Shown here: positions 30,151-38,614 of the stretch, piece after piece
Numbering within the stretch: the first letter of the stretch is position 1
Layout: each line of letters starts with the position of its first letter
Assembly: GCA_030583805.1 (NCBI GenBank)
Contig: CP129476.1
Coordinates: forward strand, 733,640-797,639
Length of the DNA stretch: 64,000 bases
Direction: 5' to 3'
Origin: Patescibacteria group bacterium
GTDB lineage: Bacteria > Patescibacteriota > Patescibacteriia > SG8-24 > DYFX01
The notes under the pieces: model-generated
Database searches by the model: none
Told to the model about the DNA's origin: nothing
The model's input: only the letters and a program-made list of their open reading frames with translations
Program-made: the position numbers and the translations under genes

Positions 30151-31045
30151 AGAGCATCGTGAGGCCGCGATCGTCGAATTGGCAGACCGGGCTCCAAGCA
30201 TAGACGAACGTCAGGTCGGTCGCTTCGGCGCTTGCGACCGCATGACAGGTCGCAAGGAGGAGCTCTTCATCCGAGTAGGGCTGGTACGGCAAGCCGTTGT
30301 TATCGTTCTTGCCGCGCGCGACGGCTTCCATACGAACTCGCTCGAGTTCCGCCATCTGCACGAGGAAACGCGGCGGTCGCGTTGACGCGTCGAGCAGCAG
30401 CTCGGGAACCCGTAGCACAACATGGTTCTTCTTGAGCTCGGTCAGGTGCAAAGCAAAAGCCTGCTCGTCCGGATTCCTCTGTCTGCGCGTGCGTTTCTCG
30501 TTGGCGGGTTTCGCCTGCGAGCGCTTGCCGGTTCCGTGTTCGTGCGGCAGATCGAGCTCGGCCATCTTGGCCACGAACTCGGGCTTGAGCGTCTTGAAAC
30601 GCTTTTCGATGCTGAGCCAGAGCCGGCCGTCGTCGTGCGCGCCGTGCGCGACGCGAAAGTTCGCGTTGGCCTCGATCGGGTGGTTGGACCCGTAGCCCTG
30701 ATGCGCGTGATCGGCCGGCCCGGCAAACGACGTACAGATGTCGTTGGCGTACAGGTACTGGCAAGACGCCGCGCCGAGCATCCGCGCATAGAACGGCATC
30801 GGCGGCCGCTCCGCATCGTAGGCTTCGAGCCAGGCGATGAAGCTGCCGATCTCCAACACCGGCGGCGGCGCGTGGCAGGCGAAGCAGAACAGCGTGCGAA
30901 TCGCCGTCATTTGATCGCCCAGCGCTTCCCACAAGCCGTCTCCCCATCCGAGCAACAAGCGCAGGCGCGGGAAGAAGGCCCATGCGGCAACCGCGCCATC
31001 TGGGCGGAATTCCTCAGGCTGAAGGATCGCATCAAGTTCGGCCAT
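30149..31045 (-). CDS. hypothetical protein (298 aa)
   Basis: Trimmed to the ATG at 31045 with a near-perfect SD aggagg. It has its own terminator. No family recognised. Confidence 0.55.
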   Translation of the reverse strand: MAELDAILQPEEFRPDGAVAAWAFFPRLRLLLGWGDGLWEALGDQMTAIRTLFCFACHAPPPVLEIGSFIAWLEAYDAERPPMPFYARMLGAASCQYLYANDICTSFAGPADHAHQGYGSNHPIEANANFRVAHGAHDDGRLWLSIEKRFKTLKPEFVAKMAELDLPHEHGTGKRSQAKPANEKRTRRQRNPDEQAFALHLTELKKNHVVLRVPELLLDASTRPPRFLVQMAELERVRMEAVARGKNDNNGLPYQPYSDEELLLATCHAVASAEATDLTFVYAWSPVCQFDDRGLTML

Positions 31046-31113
31046 GTCTCTCCTCCTGAATGGCTGTCGTTGACCGGGGAAAGTACCAGAAAAAAGCACG
31101 CACGTCAACCCTG

Positions 31114-31148
31114 GAAAAAGAAAAGGCCGACCTGTTCGGTCGGTTTTA
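31114..31148. terminator. bidirectional terminator between the two hypothetical minus-strand genes
   Basis: aaaaagaaaagg-ccgacc-tgttc-ggtcgg-tttt. Confidence 0.55.
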
Positions 31149-32237
31149 ACGAAGTGCGGCCTCTGCAGCGGATTCCTTGCTCTTGGCCTCCTCCTCGACA
31201 CGACTTTGCGCGTCGATCCTCGACGCGGAAGCGGCGATCAGGAAGCGGAGGTGTTCGAGCAGTTCAGGATCGGATGGGCCGTAGAGCTCGAGCCAGCGCC
31301 TGGCGAGCTCGAGATCGGCGCTCGATCGGATGGCGTAGCGAGCGTCCGCTGAGCCCTCCAGAACCACGCGCCGGATGACGGCGTGGCAGACGCTGCCGGG
31401 ACCTCCCCGCTCGCGAAGATGCAGGAAGATACGGTCGAGAGGCATCCGCACGGCAGAAAGGACGTTCGGGCTCCAACGCCTCCACGAAGCGATGAAGCGG
31501 AGCTGGTCTTCGAAGAGATCCAGCGGGCGTACGAGATTCCCGTGCATGCACTGAAGGACGCTGCGGGCGTACCAGCTGTCGGCCGCCTCGTGCTCTGCAC
31601 GCGGCTTCGACCGGCCAGTCAGCTCCGCCTCGACATGTCCACGCATGCGCATATCGATGCGCCGCTGCCAACCTTCGGAAAGCCCCTTCGTGTAAAGGGA
31701 TTGATCGAAGGTGTTGAAACCGGAGGCTTCTTCCGTGCCCAGGTATGGCGCGCAGCCATCGAGCAGACGGAACCGTTCGAACAACCCCTCGCTAAGGGCC
31801 TCGTCCGTGACGATGGCAAGAAGATGGGGAACACAGCTGTTGTACTGATCTCGCGCGTACTCCGGCGCCGTTGCGCCCGCATCAATGGCTTCCAGACAGA
31901 AGCGCACGATGACCGCAGCCGGATCAGGCACCTTCGACATGATTCCAGAGTCGACACGGCTCCCGTAGAGTGACGAATCGCGGAACTCCGTGCGCCCACG
32001 GCCCCCGAAAGGGTCGAGCTCGGCGTCCCAACAGAGCATGGCCGTCAGCACTCGGACCTTGATCGACTGCCTTGCATCGCTCGTCATCAACTCCTTGAAC
32101 TCGTGCCAGATGCGCTCCTTGCCGTGCGCCTTGGCCGTCAGCCACGATTCCCAGTCCTGCTGATCCTTCTCCGTACCGGAGAACGCAGCGAGTCGGCGGC
32201 CGAGCTCGCTCTTTTCCAACTTTTTGCTTCCGAACAT
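31146..32237 (-). CDS. hypothetical protein (363 aa)
   Basis: Long ORF with coherent composition. It is divergent from the 120-aa + gene and has its own terminator. No family recognised. Confidence 0.5.
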   Translation of the reverse strand: MFGSKKLEKSELGRRLAAFSGTEKDQQDWESWLTAKAHGKERIWHEFKELMTSDARQSIKVRVLTAMLCWDAELDPFGGRGRTEFRDSSLYGSRVDSGIMSKVPDPAAVIVRFCLEAIDAGATAPEYARDQYNSCVPHLLAIVTDEALSEGLFERFRLLDGCAPYLGTEEASGFNTFDQSLYTKGLSEGWQRRIDMRMRGHVEAELTGRSKPRAEHEAADSWYARSVLQCMHGNLVRPLDLFEDQLRFIASWRRWSPNVLSAVRMPLDRIFLHLRERGGPGSVCHAVIRRVVLEGSADARYAIRSSADLELARRWLELYGPSDPELLEHLRFLIAASASRIDAQSRVEEEAKSKESAAEAALR

Positions 32238-32290
32238 CGATTCCTCCTGTGCGGAAGATGTGCTATTTCGGGCTGATTGTCAAGATACGG

Positions 32291-32319
32291 TTGACATGTT
32301 GCCTTTTTTTCCTTATAAC
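32291..32319 (+). promoter_or_regulatory. candidate promoter for the 120-aa gene in the divergent intergenic region
   Basis: TTGACA (32291-32296), a 17-nt spacer, then TATAAC. Confidence 0.4.
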
Positions 32320-32348
32320 AACCCCATCAACGACGCGGAGGACTGTCG

Positions 32349-32711
32349 ATGCAGATGATCAGAGCGTACCTTCTCGAGCTGCCGCGCGAGGCGGCGATTG
32401 CCACATTGGTCAACTTGTTCTTCGCTCCCGGAGCCTGGTTTGCGGACGGGTCGACGCACGCCCTCGCGAAGCGGCTGCCGCCCGAGGCACTGGCCCCGAC
32501 GGCCGAGCGCATCGGCATGCCGCGCCAGAGCAATCCGGCGGACATGCTCTCCGGCTACACGCTGGAGTCCGACGGCCTCGTCTTCGAGGTCCTCATCCGC
32601 GATCTCGATCGGGGCGGCTGGCACCTCTACTTCGGCGTGCGGCAGGGGGACGACGTGTTCCTCAAGCTCGACAGCTTCTACAAGTACGGTCGCGCCAACC
32701 CCAACTCGTGA
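32349..32711 (+). CDS. hypothetical protein (120 aa)
   Basis: ORF followed by a clean terminator at 32712-32733. No family recognised. Confidence 0.45.
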   Translation: MQMIRAYLLELPREAAIATLVNLFFAPGAWFADGSTHALAKRLPPEALAPTAERIGMPRQSNPADMLSGYTLESDGLVFEVLIRDLDRGGWHLYFGVRQGDDVFLKLDSFYKYGRANPNS

Positions 32712-32733
32712 CCCCGCATGCGCGGGGTTTTTC
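32712..32733 (+). terminator. rho-independent terminator
   Basis: ccccgcatgcgcgggg followed by a T-run. Confidence 0.7.
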
Positions 32734-32748
32734 TTTTGCCCTGCCCGA

Positions 32749-32777
32749 TTGACGCGGAGCCTGTTATCATCTATAGT
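32749..32777 (+). promoter_or_regulatory. candidate promoter giving a near-leaderless methyltransferase mRNA
   Basis: TTGACG (32749-32754), a 17-nt spacer, then TATAGT (32772-32777). The ATG at 32788 lies only 10 nt past the -10 element, with no SD. Confidence 0.4.
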
Positions 32778-32787
32778 AAGACGTCAT

Positions 32788-34011
32788 ATGAAGTACGCTT
32801 TCGTCCTCGGACGCGAACCTGGGCTTTCGACCGCAGAACTCATCGCCGCGCTCAAAGCGGCCGATGTCGGTTTCGATCCGAAAAACGCGGTCTACTCCCC
32901 CGCCATTCTGGTCGCCGAGACGGAAAAGCCGCTCGATGCGGCGTTTTTCCATACGCTCGGCGGCTCGATCAAAATGGCGGAAGTGCTTGGCGCGAGCGAA
33001 AGGAGCCTTGAGGACGACCTGTTCAACGTCCTGAACGGCATGGGCAGCGAAACATCGCTCGATTTCGGCCTGAGCCTCTATTCGACCGAAGCCATCCCGA
33101 GCAAAAACTACAAATCGCTCGAATACGGCCTCAAGCCGCTCTCGCTCACGCTGAAAAAGCGCCTCAAAGAAAACGGTCGCTCGATCCGCGTCGTTCTGAA
33201 CGACCAGCCAGCGCTCACGTCCGTGCAAGTCGACAAGAACCGCCTGCTCGCCAAGGGCGGCGAACTGATGCTGTTGATCGGCCAGGGCGCGGCGCGCATC
33301 GCCCGCACGATCGCCGTCCAGGCGTTCGAGGATTTTTCCGAGCGCGATTTCGGCCGCCCGGCCGCCGACGCCAAGAGCGGCATGCTTCCGCCGAAGCTGG
33401 CGCGCATGATGGTCAATCTCGCGAGCGCTTCGAAAGACGAACCGCTTCATGACGCCTTTTGCGGTTCCGGCACGATCCTGACCGAAGCCGCGACGCTCGG
33501 CTACAAGAAACTGAGCGGCTCCGACATCAGCGAGCGCGCCGTCGCCGACACGATCAAGAACCTCGAATGGATCCTGTCACAGCGCAAACTGCGCGCCGAG
33601 ACGAACGTCTTCTTGTCGGACGTGAAACATCTTCCTGAAAAGCTTCCGAAGGCCTCGATCGGCGCCATCGTTTCCGAACCGTATCTCGGCCCCCCGCTCC
33701 GCGGCGGCGAGTCCGATCAAAAAATCCATTTCGAGTATCTCGAACTCATGGGCTTGTACCGCCGCGCCTTCGACGCTTTTTCGAAAGTATTGAAACCGGG
33801 CGCGAAGGTCGTCTTTGTCTTCCCTGTTTTCGGCAACAAGCACGTAAACATCCTGCGCGAGCTCGAAGATTACGGCTTCCGCGCGGAGGGCCTCCTGCCG
33901 TCCGCCGCCGTCATGGCGTTGAACCTCAAAAGCACCACGGGCCTGCTGTACAAGCGCCCGGACCAAAAAGTGGGACGCGATATTTTCCGCTTCCGCTTCA
34001 ACCCCTCCTAA
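32788..34011 (+). CDS. class I SAM-dependent RNA (probably rRNA/tRNA guanine-N2) methyltransferase
   Basis: Trimmed to MKYAFVLG. SAM motif I DAFCGSGTILTEAA and a motif IV-like SEPYLGPP. The N-terminal ~200 aa looks like a THUMP/ferredoxin-like substrate domain. Confidence 0.6.
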   Translation: MKYAFVLGREPGLSTAELIAALKAADVGFDPKNAVYSPAILVAETEKPLDAAFFHTLGGSIKMAEVLGASERSLEDDLFNVLNGMGSETSLDFGLSLYSTEAIPSKNYKSLEYGLKPLSLTLKKRLKENGRSIRVVLNDQPALTSVQVDKNRLLAKGGELMLLIGQGAARIARTIAVQAFEDFSERDFGRPAADAKSGMLPPKLARMMVNLASASKDEPLHDAFCGSGTILTEAATLGYKKLSGSDISERAVADTIKNLEWILSQRKLRAETNVFLSDVKHLPEKLPKASIGAIVSEPYLGPPLRGGESDQKIHFEYLELMGLYRRAFDAFSKVLKPGAKVVFVFPVFGNKHVNILRELEDYGFRAEGLLPSAAVMALNLKSTTGLLYKRPDQKVGRDIFRFRFNPS

Positions 34012-34155
34012 ACGGATAAAAGGCTTGACAAAAAGCCTTTTTTCGTATAAGGTCACGAATCGTCGGCCTTGGGCCGGCGCACTGTTCCTGTCACATCCCA
34101 CCCTCTTGGCTCGCGGGCCTTCGCCTACGAGCCTGGTTCAACCAAGGAGCCATCC

Positions 34156-34815
34156 ATGAGCGGATCCTACAGCGACATCGACTCGACGTACCTCGATCTC
34201 CCGACCGCATCCACGGACGCCACGAGTGGGCGGAAGACGTACGCGGCGGGAGCCGCAATCATCACGCCCGGCCAGAAGGTGCAGAAGCTCTACGTGCTCG
34301 TCGACGGCCAGATCGACGTCGTCCGCCACCTCGGCGAGTCGCGCGAAGATCGCACGTCGTACGCGCGTCAGGGCGGCACCGGCTGGTACCCAACGCTCGG
34401 CGGACGCTACCTGTTCACCGGCAAGCCGAGCAGCCTCCACTACCTGGCGCTGCGCGACTGCACGGTCAACGAGATCGACGAGACGCTCATCAAGCGCATG
34501 TACGAGGACGGCACGATCGTGAACCTCGTGCGCGAGCTGATCCGCTGCTCGGACATGTCCCTCGAGGACGCCTGCATGGACCTCACCGAGCGCTACACGC
34601 TCTACGGCTTCCCCGGCTTCGACCACGCGAACCTCGAGTACCTGCTGCGGCACGATCCGAGCAGGATGCGGGTCGAGAACAAGGACGATCTCAAGGCCGT
34701 CGAGCGGGAGTTCATCCACTTCGCGCGGCACATGATGCGGCGCTGGATGGGCGACTGGTTCGCCTCCGACCCGCAGATCTCGAACCTCAAGCTCGCTCCG
34801 CAGCCGCGTCCCTAA
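34156..34815 (+). CDS. hypothetical protein (219 aa); the N-terminus is weakly cNMP-binding or cupin-like
   Basis: Trimmed to MSGSYSD with SD aaggag. Convergent antisense ORFs (34138..34863 minus) were rejected. Confidence 0.45.
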   Translation: MSGSYSDIDSTYLDLPTASTDATSGRKTYAAGAAIITPGQKVQKLYVLVDGQIDVVRHLGESREDRTSYARQGGTGWYPTLGGRYLFTGKPSSLHYLALRDCTVNEIDETLIKRMYEDGTIVNLVRELIRCSDMSLEDACMDLTERYTLYGFPGFDHANLEYLLRHDPSRMRVENKDDLKAVEREFIHFARHMMRRWMGDWFASDPQISNLKLAPQPRP

Positions 34816-34869
34816 AACCCGGCCGTCCCAACACGGGAACGACCGGGTTATTATTTTTCTCAAACATTC

Positions 34870-35943
34870 CTACTGTCCGATCCGGAAGTGCACCACGTCG
34901 CCGTCCTGCATGACGTAGTCTTTGCCTTCGGTGCGGAGCTTTCCCTTTTCACGCGCGCCCGCTTCGCCGAGTTCAACGAAGTCTTTCCAGTTCAGAATTT
35001 CGGCGCGGATGAAGTTCTTTTCGAAGTCCGTGTGGATCACGCCCGCGGCTTGCGGAGCTTTCGTTCCTTTTTGGATCGTCCAGGCGCGCGTTTCGACCTC
35101 GCCGGAGGTGAGGAACGTCTGAAGACCGAGAAGGTTGAAGGCGGCTTTGATCAGGCGGTCGAGGCCGGATTCCGTCATGCCGTAGGTCGACATGAACTCC
35201 TTGGCTTCTTCCGGGGAAAGCGTGGCGATCTCCGATTCGATTTTGACCGAAATCGGCAGTTGCTCGTCCGGCTTCAAGAAATCAAGCTTGAAGTTGGCGG
35301 CGAGCTGCGTTTCGTCGACGTTCAGGACGTAGAGCATCGGCTTCATCGTCATGAGCTGCGACTCCTTCATTGCCAGCGCCTCGTCTTCGGTGAATTCGGT
35401 TTCCTTGGCGAGCTTGCCCAATGAAAGCGTCGCGAAGGCTTTTTCCAGCGCCGTGAGGAGAATCTCGTTCTCGCGATCCTTGCCGCCTTTTTGCGCGCGG
35501 CGGACGCCTTCGATGCGCTTTTCGACGGTCGAAAGGTCGGCGTAGATGAGCTCGAGGTTGATGACTTCAATGTCGGCTTTGGGATCGACTTTGTCGTGCA
35601 CGTGCGTCACGTCCTTGTTTTCGAAGCAGCGCGCGACATGCGCGATCGCGTCGACTTCGCGGATGTTGCTCAGGAACTTGTTACCAAGCCCTTCGCCCTT
35701 CGAAGCGCCTTTAACCAGGCCGGCGATGTCGACGAACTCGATGATGGCCGGGATGATTTTGGCGGAGCCGGAAGCCTTGGAGAGCGCTTCCAGGCGCTCG
35801 TCGGGAACGGCAACGACGCCCACGTTCGGCTCGATGGTGCAGAACGGGTAGTTGGCGCAGTCGACCTGCTTTTTGGTGATGGCGGAGAACAGCGTGGACT
35901 TACCGACGTTTGGCAGTCCGACGATGCCGATTTTGAGCGACAT
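34870..35943 (-). CDS. ychF: redox-regulated ATPase YchF (Obg-family GTPase)
   Basis: Trimmed to [19 protein letters not shown] (G1). NxxD motifs and a C-terminal TGS domain ...[14 protein letters not shown]. Confidence 0.93.
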   Translation of the reverse strand: MSLKIGIVGLPNVGKSTLFSAITKKQVDCANYPFCTIEPNVGVVAVPDERLEALSKASGSAKIIPAIIEFVDIAGLVKGASKGEGLGNKFLSNIREVDAIAHVARCFENKDVTHVHDKVDPKADIEVINLELIYADLSTVEKRIEGVRRAQKGGKDRENEILLTALEKAFATLSLGKLAKETEFTEDEALAMKESQLMTMKPMLYVLNVDETQLAANFKLDFLKPDEQLPISVKIESEIATLSPEEAKEFMSTYGMTESGLDRLIKAAFNLLGLQTFLTSGEVETRAWTIQKGTKAPQAAGVIHTDFEKNFIRAEILNWKDFVELGEAGAREKGKLRTEGKDYVMQDGDVVHFRIGQ

Positions 35944-36787
35944 GCTGGATGAAGAGTTTAGCAACGTTCGCGCCCGTCACCTTTTCGAATTCGGCGAAGG
36001 CGGGCGTGCGATTAACCTCAAGAAGATACGGCTTTTTGCCCACGATGGCAAGATCGACCCCCGAGAGGCCGTAGCCGAGCGTTTTTACGGCTTTCTCGGC
36101 GATGCGGTTCCAGGCGGCGGGCACCACGGCCTTTTCGCCCGATGCGCCGACCGCGACGTTATGGCGGAAGTCCCCTTCCGGCGAAAACTTCCGCATCGCG
36201 CCGACGGCTTTGCCGCCGATCACGACGATACGGTACTCGGCTTCGATCTCCAGGTATTCCTGAAAGGTGAAAAAACCGACGAGCGCGTCCGAAAGATACT
36301 TCTTGGCCTCCTTCGGCTTCTCCAGGAGGTAGACGTACTTGCCGCGGCTGCCGTGGATGCCTTTGGCCACGATCGGCCAGGAAAAACTTTTCAGATACTT
36401 GGCGGATCGATCCAGCTTCAGGGTTTGGATGCTCTTCGGGATCGGCAGACCGGCGTCGAGCAGCTTCCAGTAGTCATAAATTTTACTGCGAACGAAGCTG
36501 CCGTCGGCCATCGACGGTTCGAAGACGTAGATGCCGCGCGTTTTGGCCCAGGCGGCCAGGAGCAACGCTTCCGGAATGAGGGATGGCGGGAAGTGCCGAA
36601 AATAAATCGCATCATACTGCGCGTCGAGCGGCCTGCCGCCGATCAATACCCTCGTGCGATCGCCGCGCAAATCAAAATCAATCTCGCGAAAACGCCGCAC
36701 GGAAACGGAGTGCCCGAGCTTGCGGCCTTCGAGGCGCATCCGGCGGTTTTCGTAGACGTTCGGATTGGCGATGACGAGCAGTTTCAT
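35900..36787 (-). CDS. RimK-like ATP-grasp ligase
   Basis: 295 aa with an ATP-grasp layout (WPIVAKGIHGSRGKYVYLL...; FQEYLE...EYRIVV...; LEVNRTPAF). Its 3' end overlaps the ychF start by about 44 nt. Confidence 0.65.
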   Translation of the reverse strand: MKLLVIANPNVYENRRMRLEGRKLGHSVSVRRFREIDFDLRGDRTRVLIGGRPLDAQYDAIYFRHFPPSLIPEALLLAAWAKTRGIYVFEPSMADGSFVRSKIYDYWKLLDAGLPIPKSIQTLKLDRSAKYLKSFSWPIVAKGIHGSRGKYVYLLEKPKEAKKYLSDALVGFFTFQEYLEIEAEYRIVVIGGKAVGAMRKFSPEGDFRHNVAVGASGEKAVVPAAWNRIAEKAVKTLGYGLSGVDLAIVGKKPYLLEVNRTPAFAEFEKVTGANVAKLFIQHVAQNRHRRTAKRR

Positions 36788-36837
36788 GCCACGCAGGCTA
36801 ACAAAAAGGCCCCAGCGCGTAAAGCGTCAGGGCACGG

Positions 36838-37332
36838 TCAGGCGCGGACGAGGAGCGACTTGGAGAAGACGAGGTCTTCCCCGGCGCCAAGCCCGTAGAG
36901 ATCGAGCGCGCCAGCAACGACATAGCGGTGCTGCAGGAGGAACAAGCGGATCTCGCGGTTCTCTCGTTTGGCGTCGCAGAGAATGCGCGTCACGCCGGGG
37001 AAATCGCGCAGGCCTTCGATCTCGAGATTGCGTACCAGGAAGCTCGCGACGTAGCGGCCGCGCATGTCGGGACGCACCGTCACGTTCCGGATCTCGAGCA
37101 CGTCGGACTGCTGCTTGTGGCGCTGGTAGACGACCGCGCCGACGACGTTGCCGCCGTCGAGCGCGACGATCGCGCGTTTCTGCTGCTTGCCGAGTTCGGC
37201 ATGCACGCGCCCCAGCCAATCGTCGTAGTCCGGATAGTGCCGCTTGGGCATCCCAAGCCTCGGGCCGCGCAGGTAGTCGACCAACTCGTCGTGGCGCGAC
37301 GGATGCAACTCGTTGGTGAATCTAATATCCAT
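36838..37332 (-). CDS. GNAT family N-acetyltransferase
   Basis: GNAT motif A VRPDMRGRYVASFLV and the expected beta-strand layout. Confidence 0.6.
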   Translation of the reverse strand: MDIRFTNELHPSRHDELVDYLRGPRLGMPKRHYPDYDDWLGRVHAELGKQQKRAIVALDGGNVVGAVVYQRHKQQSDVLEIRNVTVRPDMRGRYVASFLVRNLEIEGLRDFPGVTRILCDAKRENREIRLFLLQHRYVVAGALDLYGLGAGEDLVFSKSLLVRA

Positions 37333-37446
37333 CAGCGTTCTCCCGGTTCTGAGATTGCAGAAGCAGGCAACGTTCGCGGGGCATGATACTCCTCACTTTC
37401 CGTACCGCTACGGTGTCGCAATATGAAGGAGGCGTCAACCCAACGC

Positions 37447-37476
37447 AAAAGCCGCCCGATGAGGCGGCTTTTCGCG
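37447..37476 (-). terminator. terminator after tRNA-Ala(GGC)
   Basis: gccgcccgatgaggcggc with a T-run on the minus strand. Confidence 0.55.
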
Positions 37477-37477
37477 A

Positions 37478-37553
37478 TGGTGGACCGTAAGAGATTCGAA
37501 CTCTTGACCTCTTCCATGCCATGGAAGCGCTCTACCAACTGAGCTAACGGCCC
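37478..37553 (-). tRNA. tRNA-Ala (anticodon GGC)
   Basis: The reverse complement gives gggccgt-tagctcagttggtagagc-gcttcc-atGGCat-ggaag-...ggttcgaatc...acggtcc-a-CCA. G3:U70 is the Ala identity pair. Confidence 0.9.
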
Positions 37554-37651
37554 GGAACAGGGGGAAACATACCATTTCCCCTAAAATCGATCAAGACCCC
37601 CGTTGACGCTCGCGCTTCCGGTGCCTACACTCGCTTCAGGAGGAATGTTTG

Positions 37652-38095
37652 ATGCCCGAAAAAACGTACGGCCGGAAGCCGGGTGAGCGGTGCGGTGCCT
37701 GCGGCGGATGCGGACGACTTGCCGCTCGGTTCCAGGGTCAGCACAACTGCAATCCGCGCATTGGCGGAGGACCAGCGCCAGCCCCGTCGCTCCACCATCT
37801 CGTCTGCTCCACCTGTGGACTGTGGTACGAGTCGGCCATCAGCGGCAGTCTCGACGCACTGCTTCGCAAGCAAGTGGAGCGGTTTTCCGCCCCGGAAACG
37901 CAACCAACGCATTGTCCGCAGTGCTCGGAAGAGGTATCCGAGTTCACGTTCTCCGACGGGCACTCCGTGCGCCGCTATCCGGGCGACGAAGACCCGCATG
38001 AGCGGAAAGTGCTTTGCTGCCGCAATTGCGTGCTCCTGCTCTGGTCCTTCCCGACGCACCTGGAGGAAGTTTTCAAGAAACTCCGGCGCGAATGA
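37652..38095 (+). CDS. hypothetical Cys-rich zinc-ribbon protein (147 aa)
   Basis: SD ggagga. Cys pairs CGACGGC, CSTC, CPQC and CCRNC. The stop overlaps the downstream start (ATGA). Confidence 0.5.
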   Translation: MPEKTYGRKPGERCGACGGCGRLAARFQGQHNCNPRIGGGPAPAPSLHHLVCSTCGLWYESAISGSLDALLRKQVERFSAPETQPTHCPQCSEEVSEFTFSDGHSVRRYPGDEDPHERKVLCCRNCVLLLWSFPTHLEEVFKKLRRE

Positions 38096-38568
38096 GCAGC
38101 CCCGCAGCCGAGACGGTCGACGCCATCCTACTCGCGCTCTGGCGGACCCTCGATGCCGGCGGCGTTTCCGAAGGGCGTTCTCGTCACGCAGCGATTCTTG
38201 AAGCCATCACGCGCGGGAAATTACTGCCCCGATGCATCCCTGATGAGGGGCGTGCTCCGCTCGAAACGGCGACACAGATTTCTCCCGACACGTCGTACTT
38301 CGCCGCATGCGCATTCAAGCGGCCGCCGAGCAAGTTGCGTAAAAAGGAGCTTCTGGCGGTGCTGCTTGCATGGCTGCGCGAGCACTATCAGCAAGAGAGG
38401 GAGCGCCATCCGGCATGGCGCCCGGTCGGAGAACACGTCTATCTCAAAACGGCGCTGCGGATCTTGCCGCTTCCCGAAACTGTCCCGCTCCTTCCATTCG
38501 AGATCCTGATGCGCGAGCATCAACGACGCCGCCTGCGGAAATACCGAAAACGGCTCGGCGCGCTCTGA
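38092..38568 (+). CDS. hypothetical protein (158 aa, basic C-terminus), translationally coupled to the zinc-ribbon gene
   Basis: The ATG at 38092 overlaps the upstream stop. No family recognised. Confidence 0.45.
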   Translation: MSSPAAETVDAILLALWRTLDAGGVSEGRSRHAAILEAITRGKLLPRCIPDEGRAPLETATQISPDTSYFAACAFKRPPSKLRKKELLAVLLAWLREHYQQERERHPAWRPVGEHVYLKTALRILPLPETVPLLPFEILMREHQRRRLRKYRKRLGAL

Positions 38569-38614
38569 ACGATCAAAACACCCCCGCACCATCGGTGCCG
38601 GGGTGTCTTTTCTT

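Noticed and set aside
34138-34863. 241-aa minus-strand ORF overlapping the 34156..34815 plus-strand gene
   Set aside because: The plus-strand frame has a good SD (aaggag) and a sensible globular composition. The minus frame is Arg/Val/Glu/Leu-repetitive without a start context.
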